From Camelus dromedarius (lineage: Eukaryota), in the NCBI RefSeq assembly GCF_036321535.1, contig NC_087437.1:58964001-59028000 (forward strand): a DNA stretch of 64,000 bases. Reading direction: 5' to 3'. The position numbers were made by a program, and so were the translations under genes. Shown one piece after another: positions 23,601-36,380 of this stretch (its first letter is position 1; each line of letters starts with the position of its first letter). The notes beneath the pieces were generated by a model, which had not been told where the DNA came from, searched no databases, and saw only the letters and a list, made by a program, of their open reading frames with translations.

Positions 23601-24839
23601 GAGGCCTTTGGGGTTGGTTTTGTTTTGTTTTGAATTCCGATGCGTGGCTCACCCGGATGCTGAATAAAAGTGGAATGAATAAATGAATGAGTGAACGAAG
23701 GAAGGAAAGAAAGGGACCTCCCCACCCCCTGGCATGCAGGCACCACGTGCCTGTGCAGTTAAGCACAATTTCCAAAGGCCTGACTCCCACTGTCTACATA
23801 CACTCTTGAAAAGCCCCTGAAGGGTGGGCAGAGGGGGATAAGGTCCCTCTACTACCCTCCCCAGTTTACCATGGGGAAAAAAAAAAACAATTTAGAGAGA
23901 AGTGACTTGCTAGGGGTGGGACCACTCTTGCCTCTAGATTCAGGTGGGAACTGCCTGTCTTTGGTGGGGGAGGGGTGGGCAGAGGGCTCTCCATCACATC
24001 CATCCTCCACCTTTTAGTCTATAGTGAGGGGGCCAGCCGATCTCTAGCCAAGATCCACTCCCACTAAAAGCAGTGAAACACTTGCCTTAAGTCACATAGC
24101 TATAAATGTGCTTAACCCCAGGTTTGTCTAACCACCAGCCCAGTGCTTTGTCAACTTGCTCTCAAAGTTCAGATGCAGGCACACCCCCCCCCCATCGCGC
24201 GCACACACACGCACACAGAGCTGCCCAACCTTGACCTTCTCTGAGCAGAATCACACTGGTTCCTCAATGGATTCTCACCAAGGATTCTCAATAACTCTGA
24301 CTTTGGTAGAACTGGTAGAATTTTTCAAATGCACTTTTGCTCTGCAAAATAAACTGCTTCATCCTCGGATTCACAAGCAATATGGTCTCAAACCTTACAA
24401 CATCATCAAAGGACCAAGAGGTCAACTATGGAGATTTATGAGGTCCTGGGTACATTTGAGTTAATTCACTCAATCAGCTAGCATTCACTGTGAGCCTACT
24501 ATAAGCTAAACACCGGCTTCTGATGGAGATCAGAAAAGAGACTAGGGCGGAAGAGTAGGAGGAGGAGAAGATACCAAGGAGAATACAATCCAGAAGACCC
24601 TCAGACTCCAATTGGAGCTCCCAGTCAGGAAGGCTAGAAAGACCCATGAAGAGACAGTTGCATCATAGCATGATCAGAGAGGTACAAACTACTTGGGGGT
24701 ACAGGGGTGAGGATGCTGCTAGTTGAAGTCCAGAAAGTATTTCCCAAAGAGGTGCCCTTTTTGTTGGGGCTTGAAAAATGAATGGTTCTCCAGACAGAAG
24801 CAATGCGGAAGTACACTCCAGGCAGAGGGAGCAAAAGAG

Positions 24840-26061
24840 AATATCTTAGAGCAGACACAGAAAATACAAACTGTACGTTAAAATTTGATAAATTGTATGT
24901 CATCAAAATTTCAAATATCTGCTCACAAAAAAAAAATACCATCAAGAAAATAAACAGGCAAACCATAGACTAGGAGAAAATATGCATAAAACAAATATCT
25001 GACAAAGGGCCTATATGTAAAATATAGAAAGAATTCCCACCACTCAATAATAAGAAGACAAATAATCCAGTTTTTTTTAAATGACCAAAGGCTAAACAGA
25101 CACTTTACAAATGAAGACATACAAATGGCCACAATAAGCACATGGGAAAGCCCTCAACATCATCAGTCACCAGAAAAATGCAAATTCTGACTACAATGAG
25201 ATACCACTGCACCAAAACGGCTGAAATTAAAAACTGACAGCACCAGATGTTGGACAGGATATGGAGCAATCAGAATTCTCATACATCTCTGGGAAGAATG
25301 TTAAATGGTTCAGCCACTTTGAAAAGCTAATTGTTTCTTAAAATGTTAAACACACATCTACCCAGTGGTGTACTGGTAAATGTTTAACAACTGGCTCCCC
25401 AGAAGAAAAACAAGCCTGATTTGTAGCATCTGCTAATTTCCCTGGTATAAATTCTCTCACCGTGGCTGATTTCAAGTTGCCAATGACATCACTGGAAGCC
25501 AAGCTGGGAGTAGATGAGTATAATTGCCTCTCGGAGCCAGTACCAACCCACCCCAGCCCACCACCGCAACTACCCCCCGACCCAGCAATTCTGCTCATAG
25601 GCATTTACCTAAGGGAGATGCAAACATCCGTCTACAGAAAGTCCCATAAGAATGACTGTAGCAGCTTTTCTCATTATAGGCCAAAATTGGAAACTACCCA
25701 GATGCCCACCACAAGAAACTAGATAAATAAGCTACACTGTGTTCACATGATGGAATACTACTACTGATAAAAATGAATGATCTACCAGGACATGCCAAAA
25801 CACAAGTGAATCTCAAAATAATCTATGTGAAAGAAGGCAAACGTGAGCCAAACACCCGGTATCATGGCATTTATAGGAAACCCTAGAAGAGTCAAAACCA
25901 ACCAAGGGTGATAGAAATCAGACCGCGGTTGCCGAGGTAGACAGGGATTGACCAGGAAGGAAGGACCCCAGGCAGACTTTCTGGGGTGATGGGAATGTTC
26001 CAGGCCTTGATGTGCATTCGTCAAAACAGAACACTTCAGATTTGAGCATTTCACTCTTTAT
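24840..26061 (+). mobile_element. L1ME1-like 3' fragment (ORF2 C-terminus and 3'UTR)
   Basis: Translation KFDKLYVIKISNICSQKKNTIKKINRQT resembles the L1 ORF2 C-terminus; gacccagcaatt, ctttctggggtgatgggaatgttc. Confidence 0.85.
25363..25566 (-). mobile_element. MER63A-like hAT-Blackjack element inside the L1ME
   Basis: cagtggtgtactggtaaatgtttaacaactggctc...ctgatttgtagc; 8-bp TSD catctacc/caactacc. Confidence 0.85.
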
Positions 26062-26076
26062 AAGAAAAAGATACTG

Positions 26077-26220
26077 GTAGCTCACAGAGAAAAAAATGTG
26101 ACAATGAATATATGTATGTTCACGTATAACTGAAAAATTGTGCTCTACACTGGAATTTGACACAACATTGTAAAATGATTATAAATCAATAAAAAACGTA
26201 AAAAAAAAAAGAAAAAGAAA
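26077..26220 (+). mobile_element. Young, heavily 5'-truncated camelid-type L1 tail
   Basis: aaaatgtgacaatgaatatatgtatgttcacgtataactgaaaaattgtgctctacactgg plus A-rich tail; perfect 15-bp TSD aagaaaaagatactg (26062-26076/26221-26235). Confidence 0.88.
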
Positions 26221-26289
26221 AAGAAAAAGATACTGCTGCTAAAAATCCTGGATTTCCCTTCCCTTGAATACTCAAGGTACCGTAAGGGG

Positions 26290-26520
26290 CAGAGGACCGC
26301 AGCCCAGCATGGGGGCTGCAAAACAGCTGGCTCAGCACAGGCGCCTCAGGGAGTAAATGATGTTTCTCTTATTTTCTTTTAGCAAAACTAACAAAGAAGT
26401 ATTTGCTTTGCTGTGCGCTGTGGTTACTAGGTCCCCCGCCACAGGGCAGCGCGTGGGCTGGACACTGGGGCCGAGGCCGTCTGGTCTAGTCACCCCAACG
26501 GCGCGCCCTATCTTTCCCCA
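26290..26520. promoter_or_regulatory. Small CpG-rich patch, possible enhancer
   Basis: Clustered CpGs (ggcgcgcc, gcgcgtggg) and E-box cagctg; not repeat-derived as far as recognisable. Confidence 0.3.
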
Positions 26521-26779
26521 CTCCTCCCCTGCCCCCATTTTTGAGGAATTCGTTTAAGGAACTTGCGAAGTTACTGTGCCTCTTCATTCTCAGCACTCTC
26601 ATATTTTCCTCTAGCGTTCCCTCCCTCCCCCAACCTTCCACTCCTCTTCTACTTAAATACAATTACAGAGATGCATACTAATTACGTAATAGCTCAGAGC
26701 CCTCAGGAATCCCTGTCTCAAGAGTTCTACAGTAACTGAAGCCCCAACATCGTAAAGTGGTGACTAACTTGTCATCCAG

Positions 26780-26975
26780 TGTGTTGAGTTTGGAACCTAG
26801 TTCTGCCACCACTTAACTAGCTGTGTGATCATGGGAATGTTACTCAGACTCTCTGGTCTCAATTATCCTATTTGCCAAAGAAGGGGAATAATTCCTACCT
26901 CAGGAAGCTATCTTAGGGATAAAATGAGATAACTTGTGAAAGAGCCAGCATATTTGAGGGGCTTAATGTATGGAG
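26780..26975 (+). mobile_element. MIR
   Basis: ctagttctgccaccacttaactagctgtgtgatc...cctacctcagg...aaatgagataa. Confidence 0.8.
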
Positions 26976-27639
26976 CTGGTTTCTCTTTCCAGAGGTCACT
27001 GTAATTAATCCTTACTATAAACATTTCAATAATACCATTTTAAAGAGTTTGTGCAACTCCGGGTCATGCATGAGGTGCAAAGACAGGATTCCAACCCAGG
27101 TCCTCCAGCCTGCAGTCCAGACGGTGCTTCCCAGGCTGAAAAACCATCTGGCTCAGGGCACAGCAGCGGGCTCCACCCACTCAAGCTTCCACGTCAGCAA
27201 TGCCAGAAAAATAGCATGAGAGGGCCAGGTGCAAGAAGGTGGAAGAGCTCTGGTCTCACACACAAAAACAGTGAAATTCCTTTCACACCCGCCTACCTCC
27301 CACTCCTTCATGAGTCTCTTACGAACCCAGTCTCCTTGACTTTTCAAAGTTTTATGAAAAGTTACTCCGAGAACTCTTGGAGACTGAATGTAAGGCACTT
27401 GTAAAACTTCATATAATACGCATGCAGGGTTTACTTCTGCTTTTCCATATTTTATTTGCACATCCTTTGCCATAACAAAACGTGCTAGTCCTTGTCTTCT
27501 GGCTCCCCACCCCTCCCACCTCCTCCACTTCCTTCTCACGGGCACTCTCTCTACTGTAAAAATGGCCGGTTCCACTGTCCACCGAAACGGCTGGGTACTC
27601 TCCTTGATTGCTTTGGTCCCCAAAGTTAATGTTTCTTTA

Positions 27640-27915
27640 GTCTCCTTTCTTATTTGACCTTCTTTCTTGACTACTCAATGTGCCCCAAACACAGGACTTT
27701 CCTATCTCTGTGTCTTCGCTCATTACCATCTTCCCCATACCCCTTCTTCCTCACACACTCCACATCCTTCAAAATTCAGTTCAAATGCCAGCTCTTCCAC
27801 GAAGCCTTCTCTAAAGTCTCCAGTAGAAAGGATCCTTCCCTTTATCTGAGCCCCCCAGCACTTTTCTAAACCTCTTTGTTATGACACTTACCTGTCTCCC
27901 ATGTAGAGTGTGAAT
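27640..27915 (+). mobile_element. L2 fragment
   Basis: catccttcaaaattcagttcaaatgccagctcttccacgaagccttc. Confidence 0.65.
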
Positions 27916-30900
27916 GAATGAGATGGCCAGACTGGCAGACTGGTAAGCTGACCGGTGGATAGGTGGGTGGATGCCCAGATGGAAGCAAGGGTGGAAGGTC
28001 TATGAATTGTTGAGCAGACAGATAACAGGCTGGCAGCATTTCCTAGAGTTACACGACATCCTCATACCTGGGTGTCTGCATTATGTGAATGTGTTTACTT
28101 AGTCAACATTTATTCAACAATGTCTATGTCTCATCTATCTATCCACAATCTATGTCTGATCTTGGGGAGAGGCATTGGAAATATTTCATTCAGTCTAGAT
28201 TTCAAGTCCTCTGCAGTCAATATTTACAGATGACAAAGGGACAGATAAATTTTAATTTGTCCCTAACCTGAAGCCTGATGAGTTTTTACTAGCATTCAGA
28301 AGTAGATGTCAGATTTCTTGTTTCTGTTCTTTGGGTCCCAGCTGAATGGCAGGTCAACCAGACCAACTGCTTATTTTTCTGAAGAGGAAACCACAGTCTA
28401 GAGAGGGAAAGAGAGGCTAAGACTTTGCCTGGACTCCCAACCCTAACTCCTCACTCTGTCCTTTATCCTTTAAAACATTTTTAGGGATGTTTCAAACCTT
28501 GCTGAAAAGCAGGAAGGTTTGGGAGGAAAACTAAGACTTCCGTGAAGAGAGGCACGCTTTCTCTTATTATAGATTCTATATTTAACACCAGTAGATTTGG
28601 GACCTTAAGTTTCCAAGGTGTCCTTTGTACAGTGAAGAGGAAAATGCTATGCCTCTGACTCCTTCCTGAGAGTTCTAGAAAATTCAGAGTTGTGTTTGCA
28701 CAGAGAGGTCCTCTTGGACATGAAAAAGGAAAAACTGGAGACCTGCATGCTGTTGGTTCTGACTTTTCTTCTCCGTGGAATTTCTAACATCCACTAGGAC
28801 TTGGCAGCGTTTTGAAGAACTCCTGGATTATCAGACCAAGAATTTACCATTCCTCTGCTCTGGCGATGTAATCACTTCCCATAAAAGTGAAGAACGAAGT
28901 ACTTCGAAGTAATTAATGAAGAACGAAATACTCAGGCAAGCCTCTGGGCACTAATTTCTCTGACTTCTCTAGAGAAGGCTCTGGCTACTGTGCCCCAAAA
29001 TACAACTCAACAACACTTCACAGGAAATTCTACAACTTGGACCTGAAGCTTCCAGCTCCTGCAGTTCTGTTTTTTCATTCTAACTTAATTTCTCAATGAG
29101 CATGCTGGTAAACCTTGGCTCCCTCCTTTAAAAATGACCACTATCTGCCTCAAAACTCTGCATCAAGAACTAAGGACGTAACTTAAGACCATAAATAAAG
29201 CCAGTGGCTGTTTATGGACAGTAAAAATCTTCTCTGACATTTTCTCCTGGAAAGCCCAAAAGTAAAAGGGAGAGAGTGGGAGAGAGCAGCCAGAGAATGA
29301 GGCCTGGGGTGGAGGGGTGACTCCCCCCTCCAGCGCCCAGGCAGCAGTCATGACTGGTCAGCCAACCTGAAATGCATCCTGCTTTTATACATTTCCACCA
29401 ATACTCAAAATGCCAGAAGTTTCTTTTCAAATAAAAAAAAAAAAAAAAAAAAGAGTGAGGGAGGAAGAAAGAAAATCCAAACAGTGGACAAAGCCCAGGC
29501 GCCGTGGCCCCCACTTTAGCTTGTGAAGCGGCGACAATGCTGAGAAATCAATGCCCAGAACCACAAGGCAGCTTGCAGACACCTCTTGACCTTGTCACTT
29601 CCTGGGTAATTAAGAGGCACTACAGTTTCGTGTCACTGTCAGGGCCTGAATGTATCTCGATAGATAGATATATATGTTCTTAAAAGATTCTTTTTCTACA
29701 GGCTTCATCAGGATCCTGCCAAAGAAAGAGGGGAAAGAAAGGCCTTCTGTCCAGTGTGCAGTGAAAGGCAACATGAAAGGAGAAACCTAAATTTCTCAGC
29801 ATGGTCTGCTCCCGACGTGGGAAAATGGCGCAGACAAGAAGAGACAGCTTGTTCACTGTGGGTTTTCCCTTCGTTCCCGTGACAGATATCTCTGTGCTGT
29901 AGGCAGCAGGGGACCCCCTTGCTCTGTTCTTCTTCAGATACCTTCAGAGGAATAATGCCAACCCCGAGGGCTCCGAGACAGGCCGCACCACCGCTCTGCT
30001 TCATGGGTTCCCAATGAGAGCAGGTTCCTTCTTTGGGCCTCAGTTTGTCCAAATGAGGGAAATTGGACTAAAGCCTCTTTGGACCCTTTTCCAGGGCGGA
30101 CATTCACTGAGGTCATGAATGGTTTCTATCCCCTGATCCTGCCAAGGAAACAGGGAATCTCAGAATACTGGGAGAGCGGGAGAGAGCCATCCTACCTGTG
30201 CCTGTCAATCTCCAGCTACCCAGGCTGCTGAAACCCATAGGGAGCCCCAAGTGAGGACACTGGAGAAAGTCGTACAAACCCACCGGAGAGTTACTTTGCC
30301 AGATCTGACGGCTCTTCGGTGAGTCTGTGTTCTTGCCCAGTGGCTTGTCTGTGGGGCCCCACTTAGACGGCTGATCACAGTCTGCTTTGTATATTGATGC
30401 AAGTGGCATCTCCACCGTGGCCTGTGAGCTCCCGGACCCACGGCCCTCACTGATGATCTCCGCATCCTCCTCAGCTCCAAGCCCAGGGCCCAGCATGCAG
30501 GAGGCGTTCGGTGGATACTTATTAAGCCAATATCTAAATTTAAAGATACAGCGGGAAGGGGAGAAAGATGCTAGTAGTGCCAGGAGCCTGAGTCAATCAC
30601 ATCCACATAAAACTGGTTTTTATTTCAGCAAGACTCGTCACTTTACTAAATTGGAGGTAACTAGTTTTCCTCTGGAGGACAACAATCTGGTTCTATCATC
30701 TCTCTCTGCCCACCGCTAGCCCAGTGACAGGGCACACAACCAGTTAAGTTCAAGGGAAGGAATGACTATATGATGTCGCCCACTGAGGTCTTCCTCTTTG
30801 GTCAGCCAACTCTGTCCCTTGGCATAGCGGCTTGTGCATGTAGTGACTGCCCTGAAAATCCTGTCACTGTTACCCCAGAATGAGTGACATTCTTTGCATG

Positions 30901-31652
30901 CTGTGGCAGGAGTGTTACCTACACACGGGCTCCCAGCAGACGACAGAACACTCAGCAAGTTACATTGGCTGTCACATCAAAGATGCCCCCTTTCGCTCTT
31001 GGGATATCAAAAGCATAAACATAACAATAAATGTAAGAGGGAATTCACTTGTCTGGAGGAAAAGTACAATATAAATTACGCATTGCCGTAGCAGTAAGTT
31101 TATAACCCAGATGAAGCTTGTCATGATGTCCCCTCCGTCTGTCAGCTAGGTGCTGTGCTCTAAGGCATTCCAGCTCAACTTAAGAAAAGCTGGCTCCCAG
31201 ACAAACTGGCTCCCTTTGCAGTGCCCCCTGACCCCCACCGAGGGGGGTCCCAGGTCAGTGTGCTCCATCCTAAGGAAGGGCAGCTTCTCCCCAGGTACAA
31301 AAAGATCCTTAGTACTTTGGCCTCTTGGCTACTCCTTCTGGCAGGCTTAAAGCCTTCTGCATTTGTTCTCACAGCTGCTTGAGGGGCAACAGGGACAGTA
31401 TTAGCAGCCCAGGGAAAACAAGGCACAGAAAAGCAAAGCTATTTGGTCCAGTGGAATGAATACAGTGGAAGTGAGATGTAGACTTACAGGGTATCAATGT
31501 CAACAATAACAACTTGAGTCCTCAAAATATTATGGGAAGAGATGGAAGGGAGAGATCACTTAAGAAGAAAGGCAGAAGGAGAAGACAAAAAGTAGCTAAC
31601 CCTTTAAAAATAGAACAGTAAAAGCTAGTGGCTGAAAAGCCACTTTCTGTAC

Positions 31653-31862
31653 CAGGGCTATCCATAGAACATTCAGTGATGATAGAACGGCTGTATTCTG
31701 TGCGGTCCAATATGGTAGCAACTAGCCACACGTGGCTACCGGGCACTTGAAATGTAGATAACATAACTGAGAAACTGAGTTTTACATTGTATTGCATTTA
31801 GTTAACTTAAACAAATTTAAATAGCCGTCTGTGTCTGGTAGCTACCCTGTTGGACAGTGCAG
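31653..31862. mobile_element. MER3-like hAT-Charlie MITE
   Basis: cagggctatccatagaac...gtccaatatggtagcaactagccacacgtggctac...ttggacagtgcag, ~210 bp. Confidence 0.88.
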
Positions 31863-32031
31863 TCTATGCCCATCTCCATCACTCAAAATATTACAAAATG
31901 TCAAGTATTTGGGGACTTGTAAAGCCTTAAAAAACCTGAATAAGACAATAAACAAACCAACAGAAAGGAGGAAGAGGCTTCTTAACTCTCACTTGGCATC
32001 TACTAGGGACTGTATTTTCAAAATCCACTAA

Positions 32032-32165
32032 GAGGGAAGGTATAGCTCGGTGGTAGAGTACGTGCCTAGCATGCATGAGGTCCTGGGTTCAACCCCGGTA
32101 CCTCTATTTAAATAAATAAATAAACCTAGTTACCTCCCCAAACCAAAAAAAAAAAAAAAAAAAAA
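32032..32165 (+). mobile_element. tRNA-derived SINE (Vic-1-like)
   Basis: A box tagctcggtgg, B box ggttcaacccc, poly(A); TSD aaaatccactaag/aaaatccattagg. Confidence 0.9.
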
Positions 32166-32498
32166 AAAATCCATTAGGGCTTTAGTGGTCATGGAGCCCA
32201 CCCAAAGACAGCCCCCAGTAGGATATCCCTTCTCCCTCCCGTGGCCCCTGGCACGCATTGACCTCCATCCCTACCCCCTACCCCCAGCCATCCTAGCATT
32301 GACGATGATGCGTGGTTGTCTGAATGTGCATCGGCACCTCCACTGGTCTGTGAGCTTCCAGAGAGCAGCAACTGGGTCTCACCCATCATTAAATTCCTCC
32401 CTCCAACTCCCGGCCCAATGCCTATCACAGCAAATACTCAAAAGAGGGTTGTTTTGAACAGAATTCCCAATGTTCAGTTCAGAGGTTGTCTGCAAGCT

Positions 32499-32821
32499 AG
32501 ACTGTGGACAAAATGTCTGTGTCCCTCAGAATTCCCTACACTGAAGCTGTCATCTCCAGTTAGGACAGTGCGTGGAAGTGGGGCCTTCGGATCAGTGTCC
32601 TATAAGATGGAGAAGCCAAAGCCCTCCTTTCTCCAGCATGTGAGGGCACAGCAAGAAGGCGGCAGCCTGGAAACCAGGAAGAGGGTTCTTGCCAGAGACA
32701 AGTCAGCGGGCACTCTAATCTTGAACTTCTCAGTCTCCAGAATTATGAGAAATAAGTGTTTATCGTTTAAGCCACCAGGTCTACGGTATTTTGTTATAGC
32801 AGCCAGATCAGACTTAAGACA
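32499..32821 (+). mobile_element. MLT1A-type MaLR solo LTR, internally deleted
   Basis: atgtgagggcacagcaagaagg...tgagaaataagtgtt...tttaagccacc...gtattttgttatagcagcc...taagaca. Confidence 0.85.
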
Positions 32822-32896
32822 GGGTCTTTGAGAAAAGCAGCTTTTGACATCAGCTTTTTCACATGCACTCATTAAAAATAAAAACACAACCAATCA

Positions 32897-33039
32897 GGGG
32901 GAGGGTATAGCTCAGAGGTAGAGTGCGTGCTTAGCATGCAAAAGGTCCTGGGTTGCATCCCCAGTACCGCCACTAAAACATTTAAAAATACATTAAAAAA
33001 CCTAATAATCCCCCCCCAATACACACAAAAACAACAACA
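32897..33039 (+). mobile_element. tRNA-derived SINE (Vic-1-like)
   Basis: gggggagggtatagctcagaggtagagtgcgtgcttagcatgc; perfect 14-bp TSD aaaaacacaaccaa (32880-32893/33040-33053). Confidence 0.9.
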
Positions 33040-35084
33040 AAAAACACAACCAAACTGAAAATGACATTTTACCAAGCACCTCTCGTGGAGACTATAGAGC
33101 CAAGAAAGTGGGAGAAGTGAACTAAACACAGTAGTAATTATGATCGCAGGCATAAAGTGACTGGTGTAATCTGAGTGATGTAGACAGAGTCCCCAGAGAC
33201 TTCAGAGGAAATAGGGATGGATTACTGTTAAAACTGGGGGCAGGAGGAGACAGAAGGGGGTGGCTTCCTGGGCAAAGTGGCATCTGAGCTAGGCCTAGAG
33301 GAATAAAGTGGATGTGCCTGTGCAGAAAGGACATTGGGATGATAATAAAAAGCAGCGGCCACAAGACAGGAAGTGGGGGGAGGGGGCCTTTGGGGGCTAG
33401 GGACTAGTCTAGCGGCTTTTATGCAGCCATGCGCTATACTGCGGCTGGAAAGAAACTCTGCTCTGGCTGAAGCAGTGAAGGTTAAGGGGTTCCCTGCCCC
33501 CACGGCTCCTTGGAGCTCAGGTTTAAAACTATAAGGAACTAGGGTATTTTGTATTCTGAGCATTGAGGCTCACCTCCACTGAAATAGATCCCCCATTTCA
33601 AGCCCCACCCCTTTCACAAGGAGTGAGGGTGGACAGCTGAACAACCAGTGTGGCCTCCCAAGTGGCCGTGGGAAGGGGTGGCTTATCTGCTCCCCCTCAC
33701 TTTCTTCCGCCCGCTGTGAAATCTGCATCAGCTGGAGATACCCAAGAGATCTGTTTCCATCTGTTCTGGGCATGGCTGGTGGGAAAGCCTCGGGATCAGA
33801 GAGGGCAGCTTAGCCTATCGGCCTGACAGGGGCAGCCTGGGGTGGGGGGTGGGAGGAAGCCCGCTGCAAAGGCATGCTCAGCCAGCCCTGGGAACAGCTG
33901 CCCAGCCATGGGGCCAGGAGGCTCCCAGCTTCCCAGCCGCTCTCAAATCACCCATTTTTGTAGCCCAGTTGCTAATGATGTAATTAAGTTCATCAGAACA
34001 CCATCTGTTCTGAATGATAGGGACAGGGGTAGGCTCTGAGGGAGGCCCACCAGAGTCAGGGGACTTGGGTAACTAAATGAGCAGGGCCCTTGATGTCCCC
34101 AGACTTCATCTGGCTCTAACTAGACCAGGAAGCATCCTCAGCCAAGACCCCAGGACAGGCTCGTCCACAGCTGTGCAGTGCTCTGCAAGTCCAAGGAGTT
34201 GCTGCCACTCGCTACTGCTTGCCGACACCAGCTCCCCAAAGCTCTGGGAGACTGGGCAGGGCTACACTCTTGAGCAAATGTGAGAGGAGCACCTGTCTGT
34301 TCAGGCATGTTGTCTTAGCAGTTTCCTCCGAAAGCAGGGCTGGAAACAAAGGTTCCCATACAGGTGTTCATTTGGGTAACGATCCCTCCTGGGGGCAGAA
34401 GGGAGGTCCAGGGAAGGGGGGAGAGCCAGTACAAGGATGCATGACTGAGGAAGCTTGTACCTGGGAACTAAATGCTTAATTCCTTGCAAACTCCTAAAGA
34501 CCTCTGTGAAAAGCATCTCAGAATGGCTCACCTAAGAGTCCAAAGGGAAGCATTTACCTGCAGATTCCTGTGCTTCATTGGAGAAGGGTGGTCCCAGGCT
34601 GTTCCAGGATACACATCGGTTAGTGACAGTACCACACAGTAGAATGTCCCTGGACAGGAAGTGAGAGGTACATGGGATGGCCCAGGATGATTTGCAGCTG
34701 GAGCACCTCCATGCAGATGCTCAAAGCCTTTGCACACCTGGTCGCTCTACCATGGCTGCAGTAGGAGGGGCGCAAGGAGGAGTTCTCTGAAGAGCCTTGG
34801 AGGACTCTGTCTGCTTCTACCATATCTGTCCCTGGAGTCCAAGGCACAGGTTAAACCACCTGAGGCAGGTTCCTTTCTTTCTCAAAGGAAGAGCTCAAGG
34901 CATTTATGAAGTTAATTTGGGAGACTCTCTGCCCGGTCCTTGGAACCAGGAGGGGAGCCTGCCTATCCCTGAAGCTGTCCTTAGGATCTCACATCTTCCT
35001 AGCACAGGAGCCTGCTTTGCCAAGGACAGCTGAGCCCAATAAAGTCGGAAGACAGACGGTCCGAGGGTCCCAGGCAGGCCTGGG

Positions 35085-35400
35085 CTTCAGGGAAAGGACA
35101 GAAGAACTGAGCTCCAGTCCCAAATCAGTAATTAGCTAGCAGTGTGACCTCGAGCAGGCTACCCAATCTTTCCAAGGCTCCACATCCTTGTGTGCAGAGC
35201 AGGGCCAATATGCTAGGGATTAGAAATTCCTTTTCAACCTCCAAGAAATATCTGTTGAAGAATTACTATGTGACCACCACTCTTGTAGGCCCTGGGACTA
35301 CAAGGGAACAAGGCCAAGTCCTCATCCCCATCCAGCTTCCATTCTAGTTGGCTATAACATATATAGACACTGCCTGGAACATAGTAGATGCTCAACAAAT
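35085..35400. mobile_element. MIR (+) followed by L2 fragments
   Basis: tagcagtgtgacctcgagcagg; aaatatctgttgaagaattactatgtg...cttccattctag; tgcctggaacatagtagatgctcaacaaat. Confidence 0.6.
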
Positions 35401-36119
35401 TGAAGACATCACTAGGGCTTTCAGGGCTGTAGCTCTCAAGGAAATGATACTACTCTTTAGTTACTTGCTTATTTATGCAATAGAAAATATAATCGTAACC
35501 ACGACCTAATTTGATTCTCAAAACAATAATCCAGAAAGATAGGTCAGATAGCAGCCAACTCTAGGCATCTTCCCGCAGCCTCAGTGAGACCTGTGCCCAA
35601 CCCAAGCACCGCCCCCCCACCCCCCCACCCCCTGCCATGAAGAGGAGGCCACCTCATGCCCAGTTTCCCTACTTTCATTAGGCAAAGGCTTGGGGCGTGA
35701 GAAACCAAAACCTAAAATATTAGAACGGCTCTTCTTTACAGCTACAGATGCAGTAAAATATTTTAAAGCCATTTTCTCACCTGGTATAAATGTTTTAACC
35801 GTATTTGTGGGGGGGGGGTGGAGTGAGGTGGGTGCATCTCTCTTTTTGCATTCAGCCAGGGCTGCCCTGCTTTAGCATGCATGTTTTCTTGTCTCTCTCC
35901 CCATGGAGCTGTGAAATCATCATCTAGTGGCAGCAAGTCCTCTAGAGGTTCTTTGCAATGACTTAGAAGCCCAGCAGGAAGCATTTGCTAATCTGTCCCC
36001 CTCCCAGCCCAAGGTCTCTCAGTGGAGGAGAATCTAGAAAGATTCCTCACCTGAAGCCTCTGGTGGCTACCCTAGGCATGACAATCTCTCCCTAAGTCTC
36101 TACTGTTACACTCAGGTTG

Positions 36120-36380
36120 GCAGGTGTGAGCTGCAGTCAGCTGGCCGGAGAGCACCGGGGTGACTCGGGCCAGCCTCCCACCCGCAGAGCAATAGTGAAC
36201 GGTTGGTGCGCGTGCGCGAGAGCGAGGCGCATCAGGCTTTTCCCGAATCGGGTCTCCAGTTCCTGGAAGGCGAGCTCAAACCTCACGCAGCCCGAGGGTC
36301 TGGGGAGTGTTGGGGCGTGATGCACAGGGCGCTGGGCGCCCTGCTTATCTGGCGCGTGCCTCCGCTGCCCGCCCTTTCCC
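36120..36380. promoter_or_regulatory. CpG-rich element with NRF1- and GATA-type motifs
   Basis: tgcgcgtgcgcg at 36207-36218 (NRF1-like), cttatct at ~36344 (GATA), many CpGs. Confidence 0.5.

Noticed and set aside
23188..23790. 200-aa minus-strand ORF and overlapping Arg/Ala/Pro-rich ORFs
   Set aside because: They lie in the CpG island, where stop codons are rare in all frames; low-complexity composition and no recognisable domain
32316..32831. 171-aa ORF
   Set aside because: Mostly within the MLT1A LTR
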